From NCBI RefSeq assembly GCF_000143415.4, contig NW_003314401.1, forward strand, positions 148,860 through 212,859: a DNA stretch of 64,000 nt. Direction: 5' to 3'. Below, piece after piece: positions 63,301 through 64,000 of the stretch (its first letter is position 1; each line of letters starts with the position of its first letter). The translations under genes were made by a program, and so were the position numbers. Under the pieces are notes generated by a model. The model was not told where the DNA came from. It saw nothing but the letters and a program-made list of their open reading frames with translations, and did no database searches. The DNA is from Selaginella moellendorffii. Taxonomy: Eukaryota > Plantae > Lycopodiophyta.

Positions 63301-64000
63301 GCTTGTGAGATAACATTTAAACTTAAAGTGCGTACTCACCAGGTTTGTAGAGAAGATACTGTTTTTCTTTGGCAACTGTAATTATATGCTCCATTGAAGT
63401 CACCTCTTCAATGGAGTTTGTCACCGCAACACACGGGACACCCTTGAGTAGTGCGGCTCGAAAGAATAGTCCGCCGCAGTTGTACTCGACAACGCATTTG
63501 CCCTTGGAGTCACCCGCTATTGCGTTGAAGACCCAGCTGAGCATTTCCCATGCTGCACCTGGAGCTTTCTTTGGATTCGAAAGCTCCATAGCCGTCTTCA
63601 GTTCCTCAGGCACGGGTAAATTGACCTCCCTCAGATCAATTCGATCGGCTTTGTTGAACGAAGCTGGGAAGTCACTCCAGTCCCACTCTGCTGCAGGACC
63701 AATAACAAGGGCGACTGTGAAGATGCGGACATTCGTCGGTATCTTCTTCTTAGCCATTATCCCATGGATCTCCCGCATCTCCTTGCCTTTCAACCGAGCC
63801 TTCACCTCGTTCAAGGCCTTCCAGAACTTGTGATAGGATTCGGAGTCGTAGATCATATAGTGGACTGAAGATTCCACCTCCGCAAGTCCCACCATTAAGT
63901 CAATGATGGAGCTGACTTCGTCTGCATGAGTGATCTCCTCGTTTGTGAAGTCCATCACACAAAAGATGTTCTTGACCTGCTCATCTCCGCGGGAAACGAT
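60349..64000. mobile_element. One end of a large TIR DNA transposon related to the MITEs
   Basis: aagctctatttcgttaaagtgggaattgtcattatcccactt aligns to the MITE terminus; LTR homology stops exactly here. Confidence 0.7.
60791..64000 (-). CDS. Spliced gene: methyltransferase-like fold, acidic/Pro-rich linker and FCP1/NIF-like HAD domain; 5' end outside the window; in-frame TAG at 61028-61030
   Basis: Four phase-1 GT-AG introns join the ORFs (KP|GAW, AQ|GDT, MI|DQG, VD|ESR); HAD motifs IVFDLNGVL, GVWTS, IIDDSP; assembly gap at 62194-62349. Confidence 0.7.

Overview
Eukaryotic plant DNA. Several features point to a non-seed vascular plant, most likely Selaginella (inference): very short introns, PLS-class PPR remnants, TTTAGGG repeats and a moss/fern-type 5S sequence. 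The first ~9.3 kb is gene-dense: a TFIIA-L fragment, a PPR pseudogene, a peroxisomal PfkB pseudouridine kinase and a Tmemb_185A-RING gene. Most of the rest is a nest of Ty3/Gypsy LTR elements, TRIMs and MITEs, plus an RPL10 pseudogene, an intronless fungal-like carboxylesterase and one end of a large TIR transposon carrying a spliced methyltransferase-fold/FCP1-like gene. The most striking structure is 30986-35306, a single insertion (TSD ACATT) bounded by two 194-bp Cassandra-type LTRs containing 5S rRNA sequence. It encloses a near-full reverse copy of mature tRNA-iMet, telomere repeats, a chromovirus RT-RH-INT-chromodomain pol, a chimeric LTR and a Cassandra internal domain. This physically links a 5S-TRIM to a candidate helper retrotransposon and suggests that telomerase healed a broken retroelement end. 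All alignments were done by eye; no database searches were run.
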